This document shows positions 21,411 to 35,371 of a stretch of DNA of 64,000 nucleotides, piece by piece. How positions within the stretch are numbered: position 1 is the first letter of the stretch; every line of letters begins with the position of its first letter. Below the pieces are notes generated by a model. That model saw nothing but the letters and a program-made list of their open reading frames with translations. It was not told the DNA's origin and made no database searches. The DNA is from Haliotis rufescens (lineage: Eukaryota). The stretch is taken from the NCBI RefSeq assembly GCF_023055435.1, contig NW_025964334.1, forward strand, positions 10,602,001 through 10,666,000, read 5' to 3'. Both the position numbers and the translations under genes were made by a program.

Positions 21411-21592
21411 GGAATGCCTTCTTCCTGTAACAGAACAGCTTTATACCTTTGCGTATCACAACACAAATGACAGGGTCATTACTACAACTACATGTCACGA
21501 TTAATTCAATGTTGACATGAAGGCTTCAGCTTAGCACATTTAGCTAGTGGCACGTGCTGCACTTGTGAATGAGATGACATCACGTGACCAAT
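21411..21592 (-). promoter_or_regulatory. Core and proximal promoter of the BTB gene (repeated in each unit)
   Basis: TATAAAG at 21445-21439. An initiator-like GCATTC has its A at 21415, 30 nt downstream. CACGTG at 21551-21556 and 21581-21586, TGACATCA at 21575-21582, CCAAT at 21588-21592. Confidence 0.7.
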
Positions 21593-23698
21593 CTAGTAAG
21601 TGTTCTACGGTAATGTCGTTTGTTGTCAAAACATCGACATAATATAATTAGGATGATAATGTGTTTCAGGTGTTTGATTATTTAAGGATTTACGATATCC
21701 GTGTTCATTTGCCGGTGTTAATTGGTATCTTGTTATAAAGCATCCATTTGTACACAAGTTAGATTTGATATGAGTGGAACTTTTAGATGCCCGTGATGTA
21801 GATGTAGTTACAGAATGTTGGTGGAATTATACACTATCTATCTGTATAAGTATGTGAAAATTACTTGCACTTGAAATATACATGTTTAGCGTTATAGTTT
21901 CCACTGACTGAAGACAGTCATTGTGATTTCCTTATTGATATATAATTGAACTAACATAGTTCTGTTATTGAATTGTGTATAAACATAACTGATAGTTTTT
22001 TGTTTCAATTTTCCCAAGTGCAAGGGTGACAACACAAAGTTAGAGTGTCAAATGTTGAAAGAGGGTGTTTTTTTTTCTGGTGTGTGTATATGACACCCCG
22101 CTGTTTCCTTACAATTTGTGTCAGCCAAAGTCAATTCACCGTGTCACTCTTCAGGCAAAGAGTTTGCTAAACTGAACTTTATTGTACTCGGGATTACTCG
22201 TGACACATGACCGCATGATTTGAAACTGAGCGGAGGCACAACGATTTGTTGAGTAGAGGGCTTGGCTATAGATGATATACTCAGCGATGTGTATTTGTTT
22301 AATCATAACGGAATGTGTGATTGTACGGTTGCTGATAGATGTTGTAGACAGGCTAGTCAAGTGGTACATGTTTGCGTTTGAATTGACTGGCAATCAAGGC
22401 AGTTTGAGAAACAAACTTGCAACATATAACTAGAACCTTTGCGCTCACTGCTTCTGCACTTATATCCCATGCTGTATAGCTTGTAATGGATTGGCATCAA
22501 CATAAGACATGGGCTTGTTTGCCAATCCAGTTGGATTTCAAGAAATAACTTTGTTTCAACTACTCTTAACTAAGCATTAACATCCAGCCTAATGAAGGCT
22601 TTAACTTTCCACAGTTTCTAATTATGGTTACATGCACGCTCACAAAAAATCTTATGTGTTGTATTGTCTCATTCGAACGGGTGAAATATCAAAGTTCATT
22701 GCAATTTACATGTGAGACATACATCACACCTAATTATATACAAATGAGCTAATGACATTAACATGCGTGTTCAAGTTCTTTTGATGAAGGAAGCTCTTTG
22801 CGCGCAGGTACAATTGGCACCAACATGTTCTTTATTTATAAGTTTAATATGCAGTATATCATGTAAATGTGGGAGGAAAGCCGATAATGGTGCACAACTT
22901 TGGTGAAACCGATGTGCAGGGTTTATTGCTGGCAAACTGAGAAACATAATCAGAGTGGATCTAGTTTCAAACCAACAACCATAGGATTCTTGGCCATCTA
23001 AAGGACGCAAGTGTGCATTAAGAAATGCGGCGCTCTAGGCCACACCTGTCAACGTTGAAAATGAACGGAAACATATTTTGTATTGTTGAACTATTTTATT
23101 TTCTGGCAAAATCGCAATTCAGATAAAATCGCAGTTCCAGGAATGCTCAGTGTAATCTATTATATGATAATACACGTTCTTGCAGGTATTGTATCTGATT
23201 CATTGTTACAACATGAACGGTCACCTTGCGAGCAAGGTGAAAATGTTAAACTTAAACAGGTTCATATTTTCTGCCAATATTGTTTAATGAACATAGTAAT
23301 GCATAACTTGTGTCGCGATGTTTACACACAAGCACACTGACACTGACAAGTAACATTAGTACAATGACACTGTTAAGTACGTGTCGGTATGCTTTGTTCC
23401 TTCACACAAACAACAACGTACAATGTGCAAGTCAAGCATCATGTCTGACAATGCTATCGTCTTCACACAGAGAGTATCTTGATGACTTTATCTTCGTCTT
23501 CGTCAACCCCAACCTTGTGACGCTCTAAACGTTATGGGACTGAGCGACAGTGACTGATGTCTTCTTCTTGGCGTCGTCTTCGTCGTCTTGGACAACAGGC
23601 TTGCTGCTGTTGGTTCATCCTCTTGTTGGGGAACTGTGAGTATAGTGTGGATATTGATCCTACTGTTTGGAACCTTCTTGTAAGTTCGGTTGATCTTT

Positions 23699-25192
23699 TC
23701 ATCTGGTTACACCTGACAGCTGGAAAAAGAGTAAATTTGCAAAAATTAGAACCGCAGTAGAGAGTATTTAATCATGTAATATTCGAAGTTTTTTTTGCAG
23801 TCAAAATTTATCAATCACATTAAGAATCATTTGGGTCCTTGAAATGTTTCCCAACGAAATCAATTAATTTTAGAATGCGTGTGGCCCAAGTGAGATCATG
23901 GCCAAGAGAACCTGAAGGAGAGTATGTTACATACCTGACAGACGAGCTTCTGTGCTGGTCGTTTGTTTTGGTAGGTCCAGGCTAAATCCAGAAGGGCTGG
24001 ACCATGTCCCTGATTTTGACATCTCTGGACAAACTGCATACAGGCCGTTTGTAGGTCGGAGAATCCAAATTCCACAGATGCACAGAGTAATCCTGAAAGA
24101 GCCGAGGACGTATTGTAATTTGTTTGATAAAATATCATCAAAAGGGTGAAGTTCATATTATGGATAATTGTCTGTGTTTCACTCATGTGTCATCAAGATT
24201 AGTGGTATGGGGATATTTTTGTGTTGAAATGAATATCCCATTTAAACAAATAAAGATAGTACTTACCAACCACATTGTTAAAATCGATGTTAGCTTTCCC
24301 TGAGTGGACGAATTTGAGGAACGCCCGAAAGTCTCCAATCTGGTAGTCAGGAATGCTGATGGTGAGTTTCTGTGCAAAGGCTGAGTCTTTGATCTTTTTG
24401 GTCTTTGATCGTTCCAAGGAGGAGTGTTTCTGATGTTGAAGCAAAAGCTGATATAGGTACCTAGAGAAAAGAAAGAAAGAAATTAAAGACGATAGTCATA
24501 CACAACTAGTAAATGGTCCAAATATTGTTCTCATGTTGAGTACATTCACAGAGTATAAGAGCCAAACAGGCTCTACTTAAACATGCACTTATTATTGTCC
24601 TGACCTTTGTAATGGATTTGATTGTTTTCGAGAATATCTTACCTGCTTCGTGTAGCCATTATGGCTTTGACTCCATGAACAGGAGCCTTCTCCTTCCCAA
24701 CGAGAAAGGTGACGTCACACATATCTGGCATGTTGAGGATGAGGGAGAGGCTGTCCTGTAAGTCCCCTGTGCTTCTAAGCATCATGACGTCTCCCCGACC
24801 GGAGGACTGTGAGGGGTGAGAGCGGCCTTGTGATGGGTTGGAACTGGATTGGCTGAACGATCTTGATTTTGAGGTCGTGCTCACGCCTTCATCAGAGGAG
24901 TAGTCGCTTGAGTCATAGCCTGACGAGGTACCTTCAGCTGGAATAAGAAAAGAAATCAGTTATGAAACAATATTCAATTTGTTGCAAATGTTATTAAAGC
25001 TGAGTGGTGTTTGATGAACAGAACGGGTAGTTGAAATATACTTTGAATAAAAACAACACCAATGAATTATTATCCTGATGTGATAAAAGTGAATAGTGCA
25101 AATGTCTCACCGTCTGCGTCATGACCACTGTGGTCAATAGTTTCCATGGCCGAAGAGGCCAGAAGACAAAGTCGGGAATCGTAATGATTCAT
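23699..25192 (-). CDS. BTB/POZ-domain protein, copy 2
   Basis: Same five exons and splice sites as copy 1; frame intact. Confidence 0.87.
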
Positions 25193-27589
25193 GTTACTTG
25201 TTTTTAGATGTAAAAAATAATGAAAGACAGAAATGATATTTGGCTAAACTCGACGAATCTAAAGAGCTAAGTATGTATCTCGATGTAATGTTTCCAAGAG
25301 TGGAATGCCTTCTTCCTGTAACAGAACAGCTTTATACCTTTGCGTATCACAACACAAATGACAGGGTCATTATTACAACTACATGTCACGATTAATTCAA
25401 TGTTGACATGAAGGCTTCAGCTTAGCACATTTAGCTAGTGGCACGTGCTGCACTTGTGAATGAGATGACATCACGTGACCAATCTAGTAAGTGTTCTACG
25501 GTAATGTCGTTTGTTGTCAAAACATCGACATAATATAATTAGGATGATAATGTGTTTCAGGTGTTTGATTATTTAAGGATTTACGATATCCGTGTTCATT
25601 TGCCGGTGTTAATTGGTATCTTGTTATAAAGCATCCATTTGTACACAAGTTAGATTTGATATGAGTGGAACTTTTAGATGCCCGTGATGTAGATGTAGTT
25701 ACAGAATGTTGGTGGAATTATACACTATCTATCTGTATAAGTATGTGAAAATTACTTGCACTTGAAATATACATGTTTAGCGTTATAGTTTCCACTGACT
25801 GAAGACAGTCATTGTGATTTCCTTATTGATATATAATTGAACTAACATAGTTCTGTTATTGAATTGTGTATAAACATAACTGATAGTTTTTTGTTTCAAT
25901 TTTCCCAAGTGCAAGGGTGACAACACAAAGTTAGAGTGTCAAATGTTGAAAGAGGGTGTTTTTTTTTCTGGTGTGTGTATATGACACCCCGCTGTTTCCT
26001 TACAATTTGTGTCAGCCAAAGTCAATTCACCGTGTCACTCTTCAGGCAAAGAGTTTGCTAAACTGAACTTTATTGTACTCGGGATTACTCGTGACACATG
26101 ACCGCATGATTTGAAACTGAGCGGAGGCACAACGATTTGTTGAGTAGAGGGCTTGGCTATAGATGATATACTCAGCGATGTGTATTTGTTTAATCATAAC
26201 GGAATGTGTGATTGTACGGTTGCTGATAGATGTTGTAGACAGGCTAGTCAAGTGGTACATGTTTGCGTTTGAATTGACTGGCAATCAAGGCAGTTTGAGA
26301 AACAAACTTGCAACATATAACTAGAACCTTTGCGCTCACTGCTTCTGCACTTATATCCCATGCTGTATAGCTTGTAATGGATTGGCATCAACATAAGACA
26401 TGGGCTTGTTTGCCAATCCAGTTGGATTTCAAGAAATAACTTTGTTTCAACTACTCTTAACTAAGCATTAACATCAAGCCTAATGAAGGCTTTAACTTTC
26501 CACAGTTTCTAATTATGGTTACATGCACGCTCACAAAAAATCTTATGTGTTGTATTGTCTCATTCGAACGGGTGAAATATCAAAGTTCATTGCAATTTAC
26601 ATGTGAGACATACATCACACCTAATTATATACAAATGAGCTAATGACATTAACATGCGTGTTCAAGTTCTTTTGATGAAGGAAGCTCTTTGCGCGCAGGT
26701 ACAATTGGCACCAACATGTTCTTTATTTATAAGTTTAATATGCAGTATATCATGTAAATGTGGGAGGAAAGCCGATAATGGTGCACAACTTTGGTGAAAC
26801 CGATGTGCAGGGTTTATTGCTGGCAAACTGAGAAACATAATCAGAGTGGATCTAGTTTCAAACCAACAACCATAGGATTCTTGGCCATCTAAAGGACGCA
26901 AGTGTGCATTAAGAAATGCGGCGCTCTAGGCCACACCTGTCAACGTTGAAAATGAACGGAAACATATTTTGTATTGTTGAACTATTTTATTTTCTGGCAA
27001 AATCGCAATTCAGATAAAATCGCAGTTCCAGGAATGCTCAGTGTAATCTATTATATGATAATACACGTTCTTGCAGGTATTGTATCTGATTCATTGTTAC
27101 AACATGAACGGTCACCTTGCGAGCAAGGTGAAAATGTTAAACTTAAACAGGTTCATATTTTCTGCCAATATTGTTTAATGAACATAGTAATGCATAACTT
27201 GTGTCGCGATGTTTACACACAAGCACACTGACACTGACAAGTAACATTAGTACAATGACACTGTTAAGTACGTGTCGGTATGCTTTGTTCCTTCACACAA
27301 ACAACAACGTACAATGTGCAAGTCAAGCATCATGTCTGACAATGCTATCGTCTTCACACAGAGAGTAGCTTGATGACTTTATCTTCGTCTTCGTCAACCC
27401 CAACCTTGTGACGCTCTAAACGTTATGGGACTGAGCGACAGTGACTGATGTCTTCTTCTTGGCGTCGTCTTCGTCGTCTTGGACAACAGGCTTGCTGCTG
27501 TTGGTTCATCCTCTTGTTGGGGAACTGTGAGTATAGTGTGGATATTGATCCTACTGTTTGGAACCTTCTTGTAAGTTCGGTTGATCTTT

Positions 27590-29083
27590 TCATCTGGTTA
27601 CACCTGACAGCTGGAAAAAGAGTAAATTTGCAAAAATTAGAACCGCAGTAGAGAGTATTTAATCATGTAATATTCGAAGTTTTTTTTGCAGTCAAAATTT
27701 ATCAATCACATTAAGAATCATTTGGGTCCTTGAAATGTTTCCCAACGAAATCAATTAATTTTAGAATGCGTGTGGCCCAAGTGAGATCATGGCCAAGAGA
27801 ACCTGAAGGAGAGTATGTTACATACCTGACAGACGAGCTTCTGTGCTGGTCGTTTGTTTTGGTAGGTCCAGGCTAAATCCAGAAGGGCTGGACCATGTCC
27901 CTGATTTTGACATCTCTGGACAAACTGCATACAGGCCGTTTGTAGGTCGGAGAATCCAAATTCCACAGATGCACAGAGTAATCCTGAAAGAGCCGAGGAC
28001 GTATTGTAATTTGTTTGATAAAATATCATCAAAAGGGTGAAGTTCATATTATGGATAATTGTCTGTGTTTCACTCATGTGTCATCAAGATTAGTGGTATG
28101 GGGATATTTTTGTGTTGAAATGAATATCCCATTTAAACAAATAAAGATAGTACTTACCAACCACATTGTTAAAATCGATGTTAGCTTTCCCTGAGTGGAC
28201 GAATTTGAGGAACGCCCGAAAGTCTCCAATCTGGTAGTCAGGAATGCTGATGGTGAGTTTCTGTGCAAAGGCTGAGTCTTTGATCTTTTTGGTCTTTGAT
28301 CGTTCCAAGGAGGAGTGTTTCTGATGTTGAAGCAAAAGCTGATATAGGTACCTAGAGAAAAGAAAGAAAGAAATTAAAGACGATAGTCATACACAACTAG
28401 TAAATGGTCCAAATATTGTTCTCATGTTGAGTACATTCACAGAGTATAAGAGCCAAACAGGCTCTACTTAAACATGCACTTATTATTGTCCTGACCTTTG
28501 TAATGGATTTGATTGTTTTCGAGAATATCTTACCTGCTTCGTGTAGCCATTATGGCTTTGACTCCATGAACAGGAGCCTTCTCCTTCCCAACGAGAAAGG
28601 TGACGTCACACATATCTGGCATGTTGAGGATGAGGGAGAGGCTGTCCTGTAAGTCCCCTGTGCTTCTAAGCATCATGACGTCTCCCCGACCGGAGGACTG
28701 TGAGGGGTGAGAGCGGCCTTGTGATGGGTTGGAACTGGATTGGCTGAACGATCTTGATTTTGAGGTCGTGCTCACGCCTTCATCAGAGGAGTAGTCACTT
28801 GAGTCATAGCCTGACGAGGTACCTTCAGCTGGAATAAGAAAAGAAATCAGTTATGAAACAATATTCAATTTGTTGCAAATGTTATTAAAGCTGAGTGGTG
28901 TTTGATGAACAGAACGGGTAGTTGAAATATACTTTGAATAAAAACAACACCAATGAATTATTATCCAGATGTGATAAAAGTGAATAGTGCAAATGTCTCA
29001 CCGTCTGCGTCATGACCACTGTGGTCAATAGTTTCCATGGCCGAAGAGGCCAGAAGACAAAGTCGGGAATCGTAATGATTCAT
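27590..29083 (-). CDS. BTB/POZ-domain protein, copy 3
   Basis: Same structure; frame intact. Confidence 0.87.
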
Positions 29084-31480
29084 GTTACTTGTTTTTAGAT
29101 CTAAAAAATAATGAAAGACAGAAATGATATTTGGCTAAACTCGACGAATCTAAAGAGCTAAGTATGTATCTCGATGTAATGTTTCCAAGAGTGGAATGCC
29201 TTCTTCCTGTAACAGAACAGCTTTATACCTTTGCGTATCACAACACAAATGACAGGGTCATTACTACAACTACATGTCACGATTAATTCAATGTTGACAT
29301 GAAGGCTTCAGCTTAGCACATTTAGCTAGTGGCACGTGCTGCACTTGTGAATGAGATGACATCACGTGACCAATCTAGTAAGTGTTCTACGGTAATGTCG
29401 TTTGTTGTCAAAACATCGACATAATATAATTAGGATGATAATGTGTTTCAGGTGTTTGATTATTTAAGGATTTACGATATCCGTGTTCATTTGCCGGTGT
29501 TAATTGGTATCTTGTTATAAAGCATCCATTTGTACACAAGTTAGATTTGATATGAGTGGAACTTTTAGATGCCCGTGATGTAGATGTAGTTACAGAATGT
29601 TGGTGGAATTATACACTATCTATCTGTATAAGTATGTGAAAATTACTTGCACTTGAAATATACATGTTTAGCGTTATAGTTTCCACTGACTGAAGACAGT
29701 CATTGTGATTTCCTTATTGATATATAATTGAACTAACATAGTTCTGTTATTGAATTGTGTATAAACATAACTGATAGTTTTTTGTTTCAATTTTCCCAAG
29801 TGCAAGGGTGACAACACAAAGTTAGAGTGTCAAATGTTGAAAGAGGGTGTTTTTTTTTCTGGTGTGTGTATATGACACCCCGCTGTTTCCTTACAATTTG
29901 TGTCAGCCAAAGTCAATTCACCGTGTCACTCTTCAGGCAAAGAGTTTGCTAAACTGAACTTTATTGTACTCGGGATTACTCGTGACACATGACCGCATGA
30001 TTTGAAACTGAGCGGAGGCACAACGATTTGTTGAGTAGAGGGCTTGGCTATAGATGATATACTCAGCGATGTGTATTTGTTTAATCATAACGGAATGTGT
30101 GATTGTACGGTTGCTGATAGATGTTGTAGACAGGCTAGTCAAGTGGTACATGTTTGCGTTTGAATTGACTGGCAATCAAGGCAGTTTGAGAAACAAACTT
30201 GCAACATATAACTAGAACCTTTGCGCTCACTGCTTCTGCACTTATATCCCATGCTGTATAGCTTGTAATGGATTGGCATCAACATAAGACATGGGCTTGT
30301 TTGCCAATCCAGTTGGATTTCAAGAAATAACTTTGTTTCAACTACTCTTAACTAAGCATTAACATCCAGCCTAATGAAGGCTTTAACTTTCCACAGTTTC
30401 TAATTATGGTTACATGCACGCTCACAAAAAATCTTATGTGTTGTATTGTCTCATTCGAACGGGTGAAATATCAAAGTTCATTGCAATTTACATGTGAGAC
30501 ATACATCACACCTAATTATATACAAATGAGCTAATGACATTAACATGCGTGTTCAAGTTCTTTTGATGAAGGAAGCTCTTTGCGCGCAGGTACAATTGGC
30601 ACCAACATGTTCTTTATTTATAAGTTTAATATGCAGTATATCATGTAAATGTGGGAGGAAAGCCGATAATGGTGCACAACTTTGGTGAAACCGATGTGCA
30701 GGGTTTATTGCTGGCAAACTGAGAAACATAATCAGAGTGGATCTAGTTTCAAACCAACAACCATAGGATTCTTGGCCATCTAAAGGACGCAAGTGTGCAT
30801 TAAGAAATGCGGCGCTCTAGGCCACACCTGTCAACGTTGAAAATGAACGGAAACATATTTTGTATTGTTGAACTATTTTATTTTCTGGCAAAATCGCAAT
30901 TCAGATAAAATCGCAGTTCCAGGAATGCTCAGTGTAATCTATTATATGATAATACACGTTCTTGCAGGTATTGTATCTGATTCATTGTTACAACATGAAC
31001 GGTCACCATGCGAGCAAGGTGAAAATGTTAAACTTAAACAGGTTCATATTTTCTGCCAATATTGTTTAATGAACATAGTAATGCATAACTTGTGTCGCGA
31101 TGTTTACACACAAGCACACTGACACTGACAAGTAACATTAGTACAATGACACTGTTAAGCACGTGTCGGTATGCTTTGTTCCTTCACACAAACAACAACG
31201 TACAATGTGCAAGTCAAGCATCATGTCTGACAATGCTATCGTCTTCACACAGAGAGTATCTTGATGACTTTATCTTCGTCTTCGTCAACCCCAACCTTGT
31301 GACGCTCTAAACGTTATGGGACTGAGCGACAGTGACTGATGTCTTCTTCTTGGCGTCGTCTTCGTCGTCTTGGACAACAGGCTTGCTGCTGTTGGTTCAT
31401 CCTCTTGTTGGGGAACTGTGAGTATAGTGTGGATATTGATCCTACTGTTTGGAACCTTCTTGTAAGTTCGGTTGATCTTT

Positions 31481-32974
31481 TCATCTGGTTACACCTGACA
31501 GCTGGAAAAAGAGTAAATTTGCAAAAATTAGAACCGCAGTAGAGAGTATTTAATCATGTAATATTCGAAGTTTTTTTTGCAGTCAAAATTTATCAATCAC
31601 ATTAAGAATCATTTGGGTCCTTGAAATGTTTCCCAACGAAATCAATTAATTTTAGAATGCGTGTGGCCCAAGTGAGATCATGGCCAAGAGAACCTGAAGG
31701 AGAGTATGTTACATACCTGACAGACGAGCTTCTGTGCTGGTCGTTTGTTTTGGTAGGTCCAGGCTAAATCCAGAAGGGCTGGACCATGTCCCTGATTTTG
31801 ACATCTCTGGACAAACTGCATACAGACCGTTTGTAGGTCGGAGAATCCAAATTCCACAGATGCACAGAGTAATCCTGAAAGAGCCGAGGACGTATTGTAA
31901 TTTGTTTGATAAAATATCATCAAAAGGGTGAAGTTCATATTATGGATAATTGTCTGTGTTTCACTCATGTGTCATCAAGATTAGTGGTATGGGGATATTT
32001 TTGTTTTGAAATGAATATCCCATTTAAACAAATAAAGATAGTACTTACCAACCACATTGTTAAAATCGATGTTAGCTTTCCCTGAGTGGACGAATTTGAG
32101 GAACGCCCGAAAGTCTCCAATCTGGTAGTCAGGAATGCTGATGGTGAGTTTCTGTGCAAAGGCTGAGTCTTTGATCTTTTTGGTCTTTGATCGTTCCAAG
32201 GAGGAGTGTTTCTGATGTTGAAGCAAAAGCTGATATAGGTACCTAGAGAAAAGAAAGAAACAAATTAAAGACGATAGTCATACACAACTAGTAAATGGTC
32301 CAAATATTGTTCTCATGTTGAGTACATTCACAGAGTATAAGAGCCAAACAGGCTCTACTTAAACATGCACTTATTATTGTCCTGACCTTTGTAATGGATT
32401 TGATTGTTTTCGAGAATATCTTACCTGCTTCGTGTAGCCATTATGGCTTTGACTCCATGAACAGGAGCCTTCTCCTTCCCAACGAGAAAGGTGACGTCAC
32501 ACATATCTGGCATGTTGAGGATGAGGGAGAGGCTGTCCTGTAAGTCCCCTGTGCTTCTAAGCATCATGACGTCTCCCCGACCGGAGGACTGTGAGGGGTG
32601 AGAGCGGCCTTGTGATGGGTTGGAACTGGATTGGCTGAACGATCTTGATTTTGAGGTCGTGCTCACGCCTTCATCAGAGGAGTAGTCGCTTGAGTCATAG
32701 CCTGACGAGGTACCTTCAGCTGGAATAAGAAAAGAAATCAGTTATGAAACAATATTCAATTTGTTGCAAATGTTATTAAAGCTGAGTGGTGTTTGATGAA
32801 CAGAACGGGTAGTTGAAATATACTTTGAATAAAAACAACACCAATGAATTATTATCCAGATGTGATAAAAGTGAATAGTGCAAATGTCTCACCGTCTGCG
32901 TCATGACCACTGTGGTCAATAGTTTCCATGGCCGAAGAGGCCAGAAGACAAAGTCGGGAATCGTAATGATTCAT
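31481..32974 (-). CDS. BTB/POZ-domain protein, copy 4 (A>V in LQTAC)
   Basis: Same structure; one missense change in exon 4. Confidence 0.87.
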
Positions 32975-35371
32975 GTTACTTGTTTTTAGATCTAAAAAAT
33001 AATGAAAGACAGAAATGATATTTGGCTAAACTCGACGAATCTAAAGAGCTAAGTATGTATCTCGATGTAATGTTTCCAAGAGTGGAATGCCTTCTTCCTG
33101 TAACAGAACAGCTTTATACCTTTGCGTATCACAACACAAATGACAGGGTCATTACTACAACTACATGTCACGATTAATTCAATGTTGACATGAAGGCTTC
33201 AGCTTAGCACATTTAGCTAGTGGCACGTGCTGCACTTGTGAATGAGATGACATCACGTGACCAATCTAGTAAGTGTTCTACGGTAATGTCGTTTGTTGTC
33301 AAAACATCGACATAATATAATTAGGATGATAATGTGTTTCAGGTGTTTGATTATTTAAGGATTTACGATATCCGTGTTCATTTGCCGGTGTTAATTGGTA
33401 TCTTGTTATAAAGCATCCATTTGTACACAAGTTAGATTTGATATGAGTGGAACTTTTAGATGCCCGTGATGTAGATGTAGTTACAGAATGTTGGTGGAAT
33501 TATACACTATCTATCTGTATAAGTATGTGAAAATTACTTGCACTTGAAATATACATGTTTAGCGTTATAGTTTCCACTGACTGAAGACAGTCATTGTGAT
33601 TTCCTTATTGATATATAATTGAACTAACATAGTTCTGTTATTGAATTGTGTATAAACATAACTGATAGTTTTTTGTTTCAATTTTCCCAAGTGCAAGTGT
33701 GACAACACAAAGTTAGAGTGTCAAATGTTGAAAGAGAGTGTGTTTTTTTCTGGTGTGTGTATATGACACCCTGCTGTTTCCTTACAATTTGTGTCAGCCA
33801 AAGTCAATTCACCGTGTCACTCTTCAGGCAAAGAGTTTGCTAAACTGAACTTTATTGTACTCGGGATTACTCGTGACACATGACCGCATGATTTGAAACT
33901 GAGCGGAGGCGCAACGATTTGTTGAGTAGAGGGCTTGGCTATAGATGATATACTCAGCGATGTGTATTTGTTTAATCATAACGGAATGTGTGATTGTACG
34001 GTTGCTGATAGATGTTGTAGACAGGCTAGTCAAGTGGTACATGTTTGCTTTTGAATTGACTGGCAATCAAGGCAGTTTGAGAAACAAACTTGCAACATAT
34101 AACTAGAACCTTTGCGCTCACTGCATCTGCACTTATATCCCATGCTGTATAGCTTGTAATGGATTGGCATCAACATAAGACATGGGCTTGTTTGCCAATC
34201 CAGTTGGATTTCAAGAAATAACTTTGTTTCAACTACTCTTAACTAAGCATTAACATCCAGCCTAATGAAGGCTTTAGCTTTCCACAGTTTCTAATTATGG
34301 TTACATGCACGCTCACAAAAAATCTTATGTGTTGTATTGTCTCATTCGAACGGGTGAAATATCAAAGTTCATTGCAATTTACATGTGAGACATACATCAC
34401 ACCTAATTATATACAAATGAGCTAATGACATTAACATGCGTGTTCAAGTTCTTTTGATGAAGGAAGCTCTTTGCGCGCAGGTACAATTGGCACCAACATG
34501 TTCTTTATTTATAAGTTTAATATGCAGTATATCATGTAAATGTGGGAGGAAAGCCGATAATGGTGCACAACTTTGGTGAAACCGATGTGCAGGGTTTATT
34601 GCTGGCAAACTGAGAATCATAATCAGAGTGGATCTAGTTTCAAACCAACAACCATAGGATTCTTGGCCGTCTAAAGGACGCAAGTGTGCATTAAGAAATG
34701 CGGCGCTCTAGGCCACACCTGTCAACGTTGAAAATGAACGGAAACATATTTTGTATTGTTGAACTATTTTATTTTCTGGCAAAATCGCAATTCAGATAAA
34801 ATCGCAGTTCCAGGAATGCTCAGTGTAATCTATTATATGATAATACACGTTCTTGCAGGTATTGTATCTGTTTCATTGTTACAACATGAACGGTCACCTT
34901 GCGAGCAAGGTGAAAATGTTAAACTTAAACAGGTTCATATTTTCTGCCAATATTGTTTAATGAACATAGTAATGCATAACTTGTGTCGCGATGTTTACAC
35001 ACAAGCACACTGACACTGACAAGTAACATTAGTACAATGACACTGTTAAGCACGTGTCGGTATGCTTTGTTCCTTCACATAAACAACAACGTACAATGTG
35101 CAAGTCAAGCATCATGTCTGACAATGCTATCGTCTTCACACAGAGAGTGTCTTGATGACTTGATCTTCGTCTTCGTCAACCCCAACCTTGTGACGCTCTA
35201 AACGTTATGGGACTGAGCGACAGTGACTGATGTCTTCTTCTTGGCGTCGTCTTCGTCGTCTTGGACAACAGGCTTGCTGCTGTTGGTTCATCCTCTTGTT
35301 GGGGAACTGTGAGTATAGTGTGGATATTGATCCTACTGTTTGGAACCTTCTTGTAAGTTCGGTTGATCTTT

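Noticed and set aside
21581-21592. ER-stress element ERSE-II
   Set aside because: The minus strand reads ATTGGTCACG, one base short of the ATTGG-N-CCACG consensus.
22022-22150. MITE in the spacer (AAGGGTGACA...TGTCACTCTT)
   Set aside because: Only a 9/10 bp inverted match and no TSD; could be chance.
18881-22393. Other recurring short ORFs in each unit (MRPLDG, MLNYFI, MSRCLH, MLVVCF, MPVNSN etc.)
   Set aside because: They have non-ATG starts, are antisense to or overlap real exons, or are broken by stops in some copies. They recur only because the DNA is repeated.
18574-22463. Array unit as a gene-capturing Helitron (TC start after A, nearby hairpin)
   Set aside because: There is no CTRR at the unit end, no GC-rich subterminal hairpin at the 3' end, and no Rep/Hel sequence. 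The start point is simply where the array meets the TA tract.
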